A stretch of DNA of 64,000 bases. Origin: an uncultured Methanobrevibacter sp. GTDB taxonomy: Archaea > Methanobacteriota > Methanobacteria > Methanobacteriales > Methanobacteriaceae. This document shows, in pieces, positions 10,001 to 20,779 of the stretch; within the stretch, counting starts at the first letter, position 1, and each line of letters opens with the position of its first letter. Both the position numbers and the translations under genes were made by a program. Below the pieces are notes generated by a model, which worked only from the letters and a program-made list of their open reading frames with translations, did not search any database and was not told the DNA's origin. The stretch covers positions 32,149 through 96,148 of the forward strand of contig CAYPCR010000002.1 in NCBI GenBank assembly GCA_964409285.1, given 5' to 3'.

Positions 10001-11713
10001 TTGCTTGATGGGAAATATCCTTTTACAGTTGAATTTAATGGAAATAACTTGTTTAGAAGTTTTTCAATTTCTGATATGTTAATAGTGAATACAACTGCTG
10101 ATTTTAGCTATTCTTTAACTATTCCAACAAATAAAGTGTATAACAATAAAACACTTAACTTTTATAGGTTATTAGTCTGTGAATATGATAACAAAGAATA
10201 TAAATTTGATTATGGAGTAGATGAGAAAGGTTATACTCCAATTAAAAAAGGAGTTGATTATTTTATAACAGCCTATGGTCTTCAATATAATCATGATATG
10301 GAAAAACAAGGTTTAAATGTAAAAATTAATGATGATAATTTCAATATAACATTTACTGGCAAACTCTTTAATGACTTAAACCAATTTAGCGTTATCTATA
10401 GCTCACAAGATTATTGGGAGTATATAAATATTGTACTAAATAATGAAGTAGTTGCTAAAATAGCTATTTCAGACAAATATTATTATATTGATGAATTAAT
10501 GGCTGTAAATCCTCCATTATTAATTTCTGATGAAGATGTTCAGACAGTATTAAAAACTAAAGAAAATACTGTGGATAGGGTTTTACAAATTTTCTATGGA
10601 GATCCTTTACTTGAAGAAGAGAAAATTGATGAACCATATGAAGTTATCCAATCATTTGCAATATCATCTCAAATAATAACAGATAAGCAGATGAATGATG
10701 CAATTGAGAAAGGATGGAATCATAATCCTGATTATGAAGAATATGCCTATGAATTATTTATCTCTGGATTAATTACAACTTTCTATGCAGACAATTGGGC
10801 TAATGAAATAGGAAATGATTTAAATATAACCTGGAACAAAAAAGAGAATATAGTATTAATAACTAGAGATTGGTTAGGTTTAAGTTGTCATAGTGTAGGA
10901 GACATCAATGCCTATGGAAATGAAACAGATGTGAAAAATTTTTATTTAAACTATGGGCTTATGTATGCTACCTTTGAGCAATTAGGAATACAATTTACAG
11001 GAAACTATGCTGTATCAGCTGTTAGTGAAATATTTGACGGAATTTTAAATAAAAATGAAAGTTTTGTTATTGAAGAAAATAAAGATTCAATAATTTTAAG
11101 ACTTGTAAATTCTACAAATAGAATAGAAATCAACACAACCACAGGTAAAACAAAAGTAATTTTAGACAATATAAATTATCTTCCTTTTCAAACATTAAAA
11201 GGAGCCAGAGCACTTAAACTTGTAAATAAAATTAAGTCCACAACAACTTTTGGATATACATTAAGCAGTTTTAAACACGGAGTAAAAGGAATTATAAAAA
11301 CAATGTCACAAGCATTGAGAAATTTACCACTTCTGATAGATTATGGAGTTAGAGGTGCATCAACCATAGGACCGGCAATAAAAGGTTTATCTATGATAAG
11401 TAAACCGGCAGCTTACTTCAGTATAATAGGAATTTTAATAACAGAAGGAGAATTAATAGTAGATTATAGAAATAAATTCGCTAGTCATGACACATACCAA
11501 TATTTTTCTTATCATCCAAATAGCATAGGTTCTAAAACAATACATGTTTTAAATGAAAAAACAGGGTGTGTAGATTGTGTAGAAATACCAATAAAAGATT
11601 TCACAGGATTGGATATGGACAATGCAATTTACATTGATGGAAAAACAGGATCTCGGAAGTTAACAGAACAAGAGAAAATAAAATATAAAAATTACGATAG
11701 TAAATATAATTAG
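7100..11713 (+). CDS. Large secreted adhesin-like protein with Ig-like repeats and ~540-aa non-repeat C-terminal region (likely start ATG 7112)
   Basis: Signal peptide (KKIHIFCFCFLFLLLIGSVSA); about ten ~90-aa repeats of the type ...KTYTITTNxxGxAxLPINLxPGxY...; no C-terminal membrane anchor. Confidence 0.9.
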   Translation: MVDNMIKKIHIFCFCFLFLLLIGSVSAENIENKTTENDLTQLSEISEISNENIGNYAEKTYDNPILVTKDIEMYYKDGTNYTVQITDGLKPLDNQKVNISILGETYLKTTNSTGYAKLSLDLLPGQYTIESSCIFDNRQLSIKSLINVKEMNTTLIGQEKVELGYKTESYTVQLLGGNNQPLQNKEIIFEIIGKKYTITTNNNGQASLPINLIPGTYQITTYYKGENNIKKSNQLKATITVQKYDTTLITDDPILKYKNGAFSATLTNSKNQPMKNTEIEFHIIGKKYTITTNNTGQASLPINLLPGNYTITTKFTGNIEYNPTTTTNKITVEKYDTTLITTDTTLEYKNGAFSATLTNSKNQPMKNTEIEFHIIGKKYTITTNNTGQASLPINLLPGNYTITTKFTGNIEYNPTTTTNNIIVVKNYQNAEEKNFTIEKKEESYNGNKLISQDIDMYYNDGTSYIVQLLNENTTLSNHPINITILGKTYTIYTDENGTAKFPIELDSNLYTIVTSCICDNKKLSMTNYINVKKMNSTLIGQEKLELGYKTESYTVQLLDTTNKPLQNKEIIFEIIGKKYTITTNNNGQASLPINLIPGTYQIIAYYEGEDNIKKSNQINTNITVKKYDTTLITDDPILEYKNGAFTAILTNSKNQPMKNTEIEFHIIGKKYTITTNNTGQASLPINLLPGNYTITTKFTGNIGYSPITTTNKITVEKNKINITNDYFETYFGDVNQYLIPVKNSNSNKDIADLDLKIGVYDSTGLVKTYDARTSLDGVARIVFDLMPGTYTLKTSPSNVNYIGESVQSIKINQTDVVVKSKDLVLNRKGEDYCVEFRNAMNNHPLANQTVYISIISKTYTITTNNFGVAKLPINLNNGNYTVKYNFSSNPGYVPAIGLNCIVRNDEILDSNIEILNTDILRRGTNLEVKLTDSNGIALKNKNVQFHIINKVYTIKTDENGIAKLQINLLDGKYPFTVEFNGNNLFRSFSISDMLIVNTTADFSYSLTIPTNKVYNNKTLNFYRLLVCEYDNKEYKFDYGVDEKGYTPIKKGVDYFITAYGLQYNHDMEKQGLNVKINDDNFNITFTGKLFNDLNQFSVIYSSQDYWEYINIVLNNEVVAKIAISDKYYYIDELMAVNPPLLISDEDVQTVLKTKENTVDRVLQIFYGDPLLEEEKIDEPYEVIQSFAISSQIITDKQMNDAIEKGWNHNPDYEEYAYELFISGLITTFYADNWANEIGNDLNITWNKKENIVLITRDWLGLSCHSVGDINAYGNETDVKNFYLNYGLMYATFEQLGIQFTGNYAVSAVSEIFDGILNKNESFVIEENKDSIILRLVNSTNRIEINTTTGKTKVILDNINYLPFQTLKGARALKLVNKIKSTTTFGYTLSSFKHGVKGIIKTMSQALRNLPLLIDYGVRGASTIGPAIKGLSMISKPAAYFSIIGILITEGELIVDYRNKFASHDTYQYFSYHPNSIGSKTIHVLNEKTGCVDCVEIPIKDFTGLDMDNAIYIDGKTGSRKLTEQEKIKYKNYDSKYN
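7550..9247 (+). repeat. Intragenic direct repeats: unit A x2 (7550-7825, 8699-8974), unit B x3 (7826-8098, 8099-~8350, 8975-9247)
   Basis: B1/B2 period is 273 bp and the A+B block is duplicated at 1149 bp. Long nucleotide-identical stretches; the 35-nt core ATCATAGGAAAAAAATACACAATCACCACAAACAA recurs at 7670, 7946, 8219, 8819, 9095. Confidence 0.95.
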
Positions 11714-11736
11714 ATATTTTAAATTAGAATGATATT

Positions 11737-12225
11737 ATGCAATTTAAAACCAAAAGAAGAATAATAACTTTAATTTTCATTATTTTAGGGATTATACTTT
11801 TTTACGAAGAGTTAAAATTTACGAACAATATAATGGAAACAAAGTTTTTAGTGCCAGTTTATGAACTACTCTCCATAGTTGTAATCCTTTATAAACCATG
11901 GAGATGGGGAAATAAAGATAATCCTGAAGATGAAAAATATGTGAAAAATAGGAGCATGATAGATTTATATCTTGAGTGCGCATTGATTATTATTTGGACT
12001 ATAACATATTTATCATTGGAAGTTTATTATAACTCTATTGGAATCTTTATTCTTTCAATAGCTCTCATTGTAACAATAGAACAGAATGGATTTTACTTAA
12101 AATGTGATGATTGCAAAACTTCATTGGAATATCTTAAAAAACACGATAAAAAAAAGTTCAGGAATGCTCTAATTATCTGGTTTGGTTTAACAGCATCAAT
12201 ATTTGCATTATTAGTAATAAGTTAA
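11737..12225 (+). CDS. Small polytopic membrane protein (4-5 TM), co-oriented 23 nt downstream of the adhesin
   Basis: Five hydrophobic stretches and a CDDC motif; no recognised family. Confidence 0.8.
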   Translation: MQFKTKRRIITLIFIILGIILFYEELKFTNNIMETKFLVPVYELLSIVVILYKPWRWGNKDNPEDEKYVKNRSMIDLYLECALIIIWTITYLSLEVYYNSIGIFILSIALIVTIEQNGFYLKCDDCKTSLEYLKKHDKKKFRNALIIWFGLTASIFALLVIS

Positions 12226-12257
12226 AATAATTAATTATTTTAACTTATTCATATTTT

Positions 12258-13310
<1,053 letters not shown>

Positions 13311-13553
13311 TTATTTAATCATTTTAACTATATAAAAATATCTTTTTATTTAGAAGAAGTTTCCTAATATTTACCAATTATTTCTTTTAAATCTAAACTA
13401 GGTAATATTAATTAATGGTTTCTCAAAATTAACAAAAAACTATTAGTTTCTATTATTAACTATATCATCGAAAAAACAATTTCTAAACTAGAACTTTATA
13501 ATATACTTATATTAATAATAAAATACATATTAATACTTATTATAAAAATTTAC

Positions 13554-14348
13554 GTGATTAAAATGAGCGAGCTTCCAAAATTAAATTCAGAAATAACAAA
13601 ACAGAATATTATTCAATTTATTAAAAATAAAGTCAGTGAAGCTAATGCTGATGGAATTGTAGTTGGATTAAGTGGAGGAATAGATTCAACATTAACAGCA
13701 TTTTTAGCTACTGAAGCAGTTGGAAAAGAAAACGTGTTTGGAGTAATATTACCTTCAACTACAACTCCTACCGAAGATAAAGTTCACGGTAGCGATATAG
13801 CTCAATTACTTGGAATTGATTACAAGGAAATAGCTATTGATAGTATTTTAAATGAATTTTTAGAAGTTACAGATACCGAGAGAAATGCATCAAAATTAGC
13901 TATTGGAAATTTAAAAGCTAGAATTAGAATGGCGATTATCTATTATTATGCTAATGAAATGAATTATATCGTAGGCGGAACTGGAAATAAAAGTGAATTA
14001 TTGATTGGTTACTTTACAAAACATGGAGATGGTGCTTGTGATATGGAACCAATAGGCAAACTTTATAAAACTGAGGTTAAACAATTAGCTGATTATGTTG
14101 GAGTTCCACAACATATTATTGATAAACCACCACGTGCAGGATTATGGAGCAATCAGACAGATGAAGAAGAAATTGGAATGCCTTATGAACTTTTAGATAG
14201 AATCCTTTATTTATACATTGATTTAGATAAAGATAGCAATTATATTTCTAAAGAACTTGATATTCCAAAAGATGAAGTTGAAAGAATTATTACAAAAGTT
14301 AAAAATAATGCTCATAAAAGCCAAACCCCAGCGATTCCTCAAGAATAA
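13554..14348 (+). CDS. nadE: NH3-dependent NAD+ synthetase
   Basis: GLSGGIDS, GNLKARIRM, GYFTKHGDG, LYKTEV. Confidence 0.96.
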   Translation: MIKMSELPKLNSEITKQNIIQFIKNKVSEANADGIVVGLSGGIDSTLTAFLATEAVGKENVFGVILPSTTTPTEDKVHGSDIAQLLGIDYKEIAIDSILNEFLEVTDTERNASKLAIGNLKARIRMAIIYYYANEMNYIVGGTGNKSELLIGYFTKHGDGACDMEPIGKLYKTEVKQLADYVGVPQHIIDKPPRAGLWSNQTDEEEIGMPYELLDRILYLYIDLDKDSNYISKELDIPKDEVERIITKVKNNAHKSQTPAIPQE

Positions 14349-14366
14349 TTAAATTACGGTGATTTA

Positions 14367-17219
14367 GTGACAGAAATAGAAAAAAAATGGCAGAAAAAAT
14401 GGGATGAAGAAAAATTATTCGAATCTAATCCTAATGAAAAAGAAAAATTATTTTTAACCGTGGCTTTCCCATATCCAAGTGGAGCAATGCATATAGGACA
14501 TGGAAGAACCTATACTGTTCCAGATGTTTATGCTAGATTTAAAAGAATGGAAGGTTATAATGTATTGTTCCCAATGGCATGGCATGTAACTGGAGCTCCG
14601 GTTATTGGAATAGCTAGTAGAATTCAAAGAAAAGTTCCATGGACTTTAGATTTATATGAAAATGTCCATAAAGTTCCAAAAGAAGAACTTGCAAAAATGG
14701 AAGATCCAGAATATATTGTGAGATATTTCAGTAGCGAATATCATGATGTGATGCATGACATGGGATTTTCTATTGATTGGAGACGAGAGTTTAGAACAAT
14801 CGACCCTACCTATAAAAAATTCATTGAATGGCAAATTAGAAAACTTAAAGATAAAGGATTAATTAAAAAAGGAGAGCATCCAGTTAAATATTGTCCTAGA
14901 GATAAAAATCCTGTAGGAGACCATGATCTTTTAGAAGGAGAAGGAGTGGGAGTTAATGAATTAACACTTCTTAAATTTAAACATGATGACCAAATTCTTG
15001 TTACAGCTACTTTAAGACCTGAAACCATTGTTGGAGCGACTAATATATGGTTAAATCCTGACATTGAATATGTTGAAGTAGATGCAAATGGAGAAAAATG
15101 GATTATAACTAAAGATGCTTATCATAATCTAGAAAATCAAATAAACGATTTAAAAATTATTAAAGAAATTAATCCTGAAGATTTGATTGGAGAATATGTT
15201 GAAAATCCTTTCACTGGAGAAAAACTTCCAATTTTACCTGCTAGTTTTGTAGATGGAGAATATGGAAGCGGAGTTGTATTTTCAGAACCTGCTGATGCTC
15301 CAGCAGATTATATTGCACTTCAAGATTTAAAAAATAACTCTCAATTAATAGCTAAATATGGATTAGAAGACATTATTAAAGATGTTGAACCTATTAACGT
15401 CTGTACTGTAAAAGGTTATGGTGAAATTCCAGCTGCTGAAATCATTGAAAAATTAGGAATCAAAAGTCAAGAAGATCCTAAACTTCAAGAAGCTACAAAT
15501 GAGCTTTATAAAATTGAATTCAGTAAAGGTAAAATAAGTGACCATGTTCCTGGATTTGGCGGACAAAGTGTAAGAGAAGCCCGTGAAAATTTCAAACAAC
15601 AAATGCTTAAAGACAATACAGCAGCTATAATGTATGATTTTGCTGAAAGGCCTGTAATTTGTAGATGTGGAGAAAGATGTGTTGTTAAAATTATGGATGA
15701 CCAATGGTTTATGGAATATTCCAATCCAGAATGGACTGAAAAAACTTTAAAAGTTCTTGAAGGAGAAACAATTATCCCTTCAGAGATTAGAAATAATTTT
15801 GAGTATTATATAGATTGGTTAAATGATTGGGCTTGTTCTAGAAATGTTGGGCTTGGAACAAAACTTCCATGGGACAATAAATGGTTAATTGAACCTTTAA
15901 CTGACTCTACAATTTATATGTCCTACTATACAATAGCTAAGTATCTAAGAGATATTGATCCTGAGCTTTTAAATGATGCCTTCTTTGATAAGGTCTTTTT
16001 AAATATTGATAGCGAAGATATTTTAGTTGATGAGGAACTTACAAATGAAATTCAAGAAGAATTCAATTATTGGTATCCTCTTGATTGGAGATTATCTGCA
16101 AAAGATTTAGTAGGAAACCATTTAAGTTTTTTAATGTTCCATCATAGTGCAATTTATCCTCCTGAAAAATGGCCTAAAGGAACTGTAGTGTTTGGAATGG
16201 GTTTACTTGAAGGAAATAAAATGTCTTCATCTAAAGGGAATGTAATCCTTTTAAAAGATGCTATCAATCAATACAGTGCAGATGTTGTAAGACTCTTTTT
16301 GATGGCATCAGCTGAGCCATGGCAAGATTTTGACTGGAGAGAAAAAGAAGTTCTTGGAACCAAAAGAAGACTTGAATGGTTTAGAGAATTTGCTTCAAAA
16401 GTTGAAGAAATTAAAGGTTCTCCTTTAGATTTAAGTAATATTGAAGAAGTAGAACTTTCTAGAACTATTGATAGATGGATGATATCACAGCTTAATAAAC
16501 ATATTAAAGAAGCTACAGAAGCATTGGAAGTATTCCAAACTAGAAAAGCACTTCAAGAAGCTTTATTTTTACTTAAAAAAGATATTGACCATTATATGTA
16601 TAGAGTAAAAAATTTACTTGATAAACAAGACCCTGCAGTGATATACGTTCTTTCAACTGTCCTTGAAAATTGGATTAGACTTCTAGCACCATTTACTCCA
16701 CACACCAGTGAAGAATTATGGGAAAAATATGGAGGAAAAGGTTTTGTCTCTAATGCTAAATGGCCAGAGTACGACGAAGAATTGATAAGTGAAGAAATTG
16801 AACGTTCAGAAAATCTCGTTCAAAATATAATAAAAGACATATCTCAAATCCAAAACATGGTAGATGGAGATGTTGAAAAAATACATGTTTATCTTGCTCC
16901 TGATTGGAAATGGGAATTATATGCAATAGCTGATGAAGTTGGAAAACCTGATATTGGTCAAATTATGGGTAAAGCTATTAAAGATAATATCTATGATGAT
17001 AAAAAAGAAATAGCTGCAGTAGCTAAAAAAATAGGTCGTGAAATGACTAAAACCCATTATATTGGAAAAATTGATGAAAATCAAATATTGAATGATGCCA
17101 TTGATTATATCAGCCAAGAAAGTGGTAGTGAAATAATAATCCATACAGATGATAGTTACGACCCTCAAAATAAAGCTAAAAATGCTATGCCATATAAACC
17201 AGCTATTTTTATGGAATAA
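14367..17219 (+). CDS. leuS: Leucine--tRNA ligase (archaeal type)
   Basis: [21 protein letters not shown]-terminal [13 protein letters not shown]. Confidence 0.97.
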   Translation: MTEIEKKWQKKWDEEKLFESNPNEKEKLFLTVAFPYPSGAMHIGHGRTYTVPDVYARFKRMEGYNVLFPMAWHVTGAPVIGIASRIQRKVPWTLDLYENVHKVPKEELAKMEDPEYIVRYFSSEYHDVMHDMGFSIDWRREFRTIDPTYKKFIEWQIRKLKDKGLIKKGEHPVKYCPRDKNPVGDHDLLEGEGVGVNELTLLKFKHDDQILVTATLRPETIVGATNIWLNPDIEYVEVDANGEKWIITKDAYHNLENQINDLKIIKEINPEDLIGEYVENPFTGEKLPILPASFVDGEYGSGVVFSEPADAPADYIALQDLKNNSQLIAKYGLEDIIKDVEPINVCTVKGYGEIPAAEIIEKLGIKSQEDPKLQEATNELYKIEFSKGKISDHVPGFGGQSVREARENFKQQMLKDNTAAIMYDFAERPVICRCGERCVVKIMDDQWFMEYSNPEWTEKTLKVLEGETIIPSEIRNNFEYYIDWLNDWACSRNVGLGTKLPWDNKWLIEPLTDSTIYMSYYTIAKYLRDIDPELLNDAFFDKVFLNIDSEDILVDEELTNEIQEEFNYWYPLDWRLSAKDLVGNHLSFLMFHHSAIYPPEKWPKGTVVFGMGLLEGNKMSSSKGNVILLKDAINQYSADVVRLFLMASAEPWQDFDWREKEVLGTKRRLEWFREFASKVEEIKGSPLDLSNIEEVELSRTIDRWMISQLNKHIKEATEALEVFQTRKALQEALFLLKKDIDHYMYRVKNLLDKQDPAVIYVLSTVLENWIRLLAPFTPHTSEELWEKYGGKGFVSNAKWPEYDEELISEEIERSENLVQNIIKDISQIQNMVDGDVEKIHVYLAPDWKWELYAIADEVGKPDIGQIMGKAIKDNIYDDKKEIAAVAKKIGREMTKTHYIGKIDENQILNDAIDYISQESGSEIIIHTDDSYDPQNKAKNAMPYKPAIFME

Positions 17220-17308
17220 ATAATTTTATTCCTTTTTCACATTTTTTTAAAAAATTTTATAACATCGAAATAAAATACTATTAATATCGATGAGAAGGAG
17301 GTGAAATT

Positions 17309-18868
17309 ATAAAGAAAAAAATTTTATTAATTTTACTTATTTTTACACTAACAATAAGTGCAGTTTCAGCTAACAATATTACAGTAGATAACAATTCAAC
17401 AGATACAAATTCATATACATCACTTGGAGAAGCTGTGAATAAATCTTCTAATGGGGATATTATTCTCATTGAAAATGGAATATATTCAGGTTCTAACAAC
17501 ACAAATATCAATATTAATAAGGATTTAGTAATTCTAGGAAAAGATACGATTATTGATGCAAATCAACATAATGTATTTACCATATCAAAAACAGCTACAT
17601 TAACCTTAAAAGGAATCAAGATAATAAATGCTAATAACCTTTATGGTGGTGCAATTTATAATTATGGAACATTAAACTTAATTAATTGTTCAATAAATAA
17701 TTGTAAAGCCACTAGTTATGGTGGAGCAATATATAATGAATTGGGAACAGTAAATATTATCAATTCAACAATTTCAGATAATTATGCAGGTTCTCAAGGA
17801 GGAGCTATCCACACAGAATATGGGGCCATAAAGATTCAAAATTCATTAATAGCTAATAATTGTGCTGTAAGAGGTGGTGCAATTTATAATGAATATGGAA
17901 CAATGAATATAGAAAACTCAGTGTTTGATGGGAATACAATTCATGATAATTCTGGTCTTGGAGGAGCTATTAAAAATTGGGGAACTACTACTGTTTATAA
18001 TACTCTTTTTATAGATAATGATGGTGCATATGAAGGAGGAGCCATATATAATTTCTACAACATAACAATCATAAATTCTACATTTATCCAGAACACTGCA
18101 ACCTATGGAGGAGCTATTAATAATGCTTTAGGTTCATTAATTATAAAAAATTCCAAAATAACAAATAACCAAGGAAAATTTGGAAGCGGAATTTATAATT
18201 TAAATGGAGAAATTTTAATTGTAAACAATTCTATTGTAAATAACACAGTTTCATCAAAAACTCCTATAAATGCTTTATATAATTGGTGGGGAAATAATGA
18301 AAATCCTTTAATCCAAAATAATGTAAATGCATCTAACTGGTATATAATGAAATTTTCATCCCAATCAAATAATATAACCCAAAATGAAAGCACTGTGTTA
18401 ATTATTAGCTTGAATAATTTGTATGACAATATTACAAAAACTATAACTCCTACACCAACATCCATTAATGGAGATGTTAAAATTGAATCTTCAGATTTTA
18501 ATACAATAGCTAAATTATCCAATGGAATAAGTTTAGTTAAATTTATATCTGAAAATGGAGAGAATGTTTCTGCAACTTTTGACAATCAAAAAATAAGTTT
18601 AAATATATTAAAACAAAATATAACAGGTTTTAATCAAACTATACCTTCAACAAATTCAACAGGAGAAAATAAAAATGTAACTAATTTCGATAAACCTCAA
18701 ATAGCTGAAAATAACTACTCTAATACAACTGACCCAGATTGGAATGAAATAGCTGACAATAAACCTTCTAATATAAGTGAAAAAATAAGTCAAAAAACTG
18801 GAAATCCGCTAATAATGTTATTGATAAATTGTTTAATGATTCCCTTAAAATTAAAAAGAAAAGAATAG
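17309..18868 (+). CDS. Adhesin-like beta-helix protein (GGAI repeats) with signal peptide and C-terminal TGNP/hydrophobic/basic tail; probable ATA start
   Basis: In-frame extension upstream of GTG 17435 gives (I/M)KKKILLILLIFTLTISAVSA, directly after GGAGGTGA (17297-17304). Eight GGAIYN-type repeats; ends KTGNPLIMLLINCLMIPLKLKRKE. Confidence 0.88.
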   Translation: MKKKILLILLIFTLTISAVSANNITVDNNSTDTNSYTSLGEAVNKSSNGDIILIENGIYSGSNNTNININKDLVILGKDTIIDANQHNVFTISKTATLTLKGIKIINANNLYGGAIYNYGTLNLINCSINNCKATSYGGAIYNELGTVNIINSTISDNYAGSQGGAIHTEYGAIKIQNSLIANNCAVRGGAIYNEYGTMNIENSVFDGNTIHDNSGLGGAIKNWGTTTVYNTLFIDNDGAYEGGAIYNFYNITIINSTFIQNTATYGGAINNALGSLIIKNSKITNNQGKFGSGIYNLNGEILIVNNSIVNNTVSSKTPINALYNWWGNNENPLIQNNVNASNWYIMKFSSQSNNITQNESTVLIISLNNLYDNITKTITPTPTSINGDVKIESSDFNTIAKLSNGISLVKFISENGENVSATFDNQKISLNILKQNITGFNQTIPSTNSTGENKNVTNFDKPQIAENNYSNTTDPDWNEIADNKPSNISEKISQKTGNPLIMLLINCLMIPLKLKRKE

Positions 18869-18888
18869 CTAATTTAATGTTAGCTATT
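18864..18888. terminator. Inverted repeat at convergent junction (possible bidirectional terminator)
   Basis: AATAGCTAA-TTTAATG-TTAGCTATT between the stops of the adhesin and trmI. Confidence 0.45.
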
Positions 18889-19619
18889 TATAATTTTCTT
18901 GCAAAAAGTAAATAGCCACTGTGGCCTACCATTCTTGTTTGAGGCCTTACACCTTGGGGTCTTACTTCTAAACCTCTTTGAAGAGTTTCAATAATCTCAA
19001 TATTATAAAATCCTAATTTTTTAGCTATTCTGTATGAAGTTTCAGCTTGATCAATATATGGAGCATAAACAACTAACCAGCCACCTAACTTTAAAGAATC
19101 ATAAACTTCCTCAAATATCTCAAATGGTTTAGGCAAATCTAGAAAAATTAAATCAACATTTTTTTCATTGATTCCTTCTTTAATATCCTGATTTTTAACT
19201 TCAATATTAGTAATTCCAAAGTTTTCAATATTTCTTGAAGCTATTTCTGCAAAATCTTCCCTTATCTCATAAGTGTAGACTTGACCTTCTTTTCCTACAA
19301 CATTTCCAAAATTTAAAGCAATAGCTCCAGCACCAGTTCCAGCATCCACAACAACATCTCCTGCTCCTAAACCTGTATGAGCTAAAACTGTTCCAATATC
19401 TTTTTGAATTAATATTGAACATTTTCTTTCCATTAAATCAATAAAATCATTAACAGTTGGTTTTACAATCTTAAAAGAATGATTTAGATGACTTTTAAGT
19501 TCATCACCAATTTCTGCGTTGGCAATCTGTTCTTCTGTAATAATTCCCAAATCACTTTGGAACTCCTTAACTTCTTTAAGAAGGTATTTTTTACCTCTTT
19601 CATCTAAAATCATCTTCAT
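18888..19619 (-). CDS. trmI: tRNA (adenine-N1)-methyltransferase (m1A58/57)
   Basis: VVDAGTGAGA, YEIREDF, FLDLPKP, RMVGHSGYL. Confidence 0.93.
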   Translation of the reverse strand: MKMILDERGKKYLLKEVKEFQSDLGIITEEQIANAEIGDELKSHLNHSFKIVKPTVNDFIDLMERKCSILIQKDIGTVLAHTGLGAGDVVVDAGTGAGAIALNFGNVVGKEGQVYTYEIREDFAEIASRNIENFGITNIEVKNQDIKEGINEKNVDLIFLDLPKPFEIFEEVYDSLKLGGWLVVYAPYIDQAETSYRIAKKLGFYNIEIIETLQRGLEVRPQGVRPQTRMVGHSGYLLFARKL

Positions 19620-19628
19620 ATTATCACT

Positions 19629-20603
19629 TTAATTGTATTTTTCATGATCAAGTTCTGCTAACCTTTTTGCACGTTTTAAACTATCTGGATGAGTTGAAAG
19701 TATTTCTTTAAAACTATCTCCTAATCCTGATTTAATTCCTACATTATAGAATTTTCTTAAATCCTCATCAGAAATTTTACCATCACCATCAAAATCAATT
19801 TGTCTAAAAGTAGCTACATCTCTTTCTCCATTGTTAATATCATTAGCAAAGAAAGCTCTTAAAGTACCTACGTCCTTTATTTCTTGATCATTTAATCTTG
19901 CTGCTCCATATGATAATTTATAAAGTGCAGATGCAAGAGCAGCAGGCCTATTTCCAAAATCAACACTAGCTTCATCTGCATAATATTCTCTTAATCTAGA
20001 TATTAAAAGAACTAAAAATTGACCTAAAATATATGCTGCATAACCAACAATTCCTATTATAAAACCTATTCCATTGTCATCATCTCTTGAGAACATGAAA
20101 GATAATGCAATATAATAACAAACCATAGGAATTACACTTGCAATAGTTGTTACAATCATATCATTATGTTTAATATGTCCCATTTCATGACCTAAAACAG
20201 CTTTTAGTTCGTCTTTATCAAGTAAACCTAAAATAGGTCTTGTAATAGCTATATGGCCACTTCTTTTGGATCTTCCATATGCAAATGCATTAGGAATATT
20301 TACTTCAGACAAACCAATTTTTGGCATTGGAATATTAGCTTCCTTAGATAGTTCTTCAACCATTTCATAGATATTAGGGGCTTCTTCACGTGTTAAAGGC
20401 CTCACATTCATTGTATGTTTAACCATTGTAGGACCAAGTAAATACTGAAGTATAATAATAGCTAAACTTGCAAAGAAATAAAATCCTAAACCTGTTCTAA
20501 CTCCTGCAAGATATGCTATTGCATAAATTAATGCGAAAAGCACAATAAACATTAAAAACATGACTAACCATTGTCTTAGTCTAAGTTTCCATCGTCCATT
20601 CAT
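19629..20603 (-). CDS. htpX: HtpX-family M48 zinc metalloprotease
   Basis: PNAFAYG, HEMGH, SRLREYYADE, STHP; N-terminal TMs. Confidence 0.93.
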   Translation of the reverse strand: MNGRWKLRLRQWLVMFLMFIVLFALIYAIAYLAGVRTGLGFYFFASLAIIILQYLLGPTMVKHTMNVRPLTREEAPNIYEMVEELSKEANIPMPKIGLSEVNIPNAFAYGRSKRSGHIAITRPILGLLDKDELKAVLGHEMGHIKHNDMIVTTIASVIPMVCYYIALSFMFSRDDDNGIGFIIGIVGYAAYILGQFLVLLISRLREYYADEASVDFGNRPAALASALYKLSYGAARLNDQEIKDVGTLRAFFANDINNGERDVATFRQIDFDGDGKISDEDLRKFYNVGIKSGLGDSFKEILSTHPDSLKRAKRLAELDHEKYN

Positions 20604-20779
20604 ATTATTTCACCTTTTAAATTTTAAATTATTTTTATCTAGTTATTAATATATAGTTTATCTTTTAAATAAATCCGACTTTTTTAACTTTAATATTAAA
20701 AGTTAAATTATGATAGTTAAAATGGGATTTTTATCTTAAAAAGTTATTTATATATTAATAATAAATAATTATTAATTAT

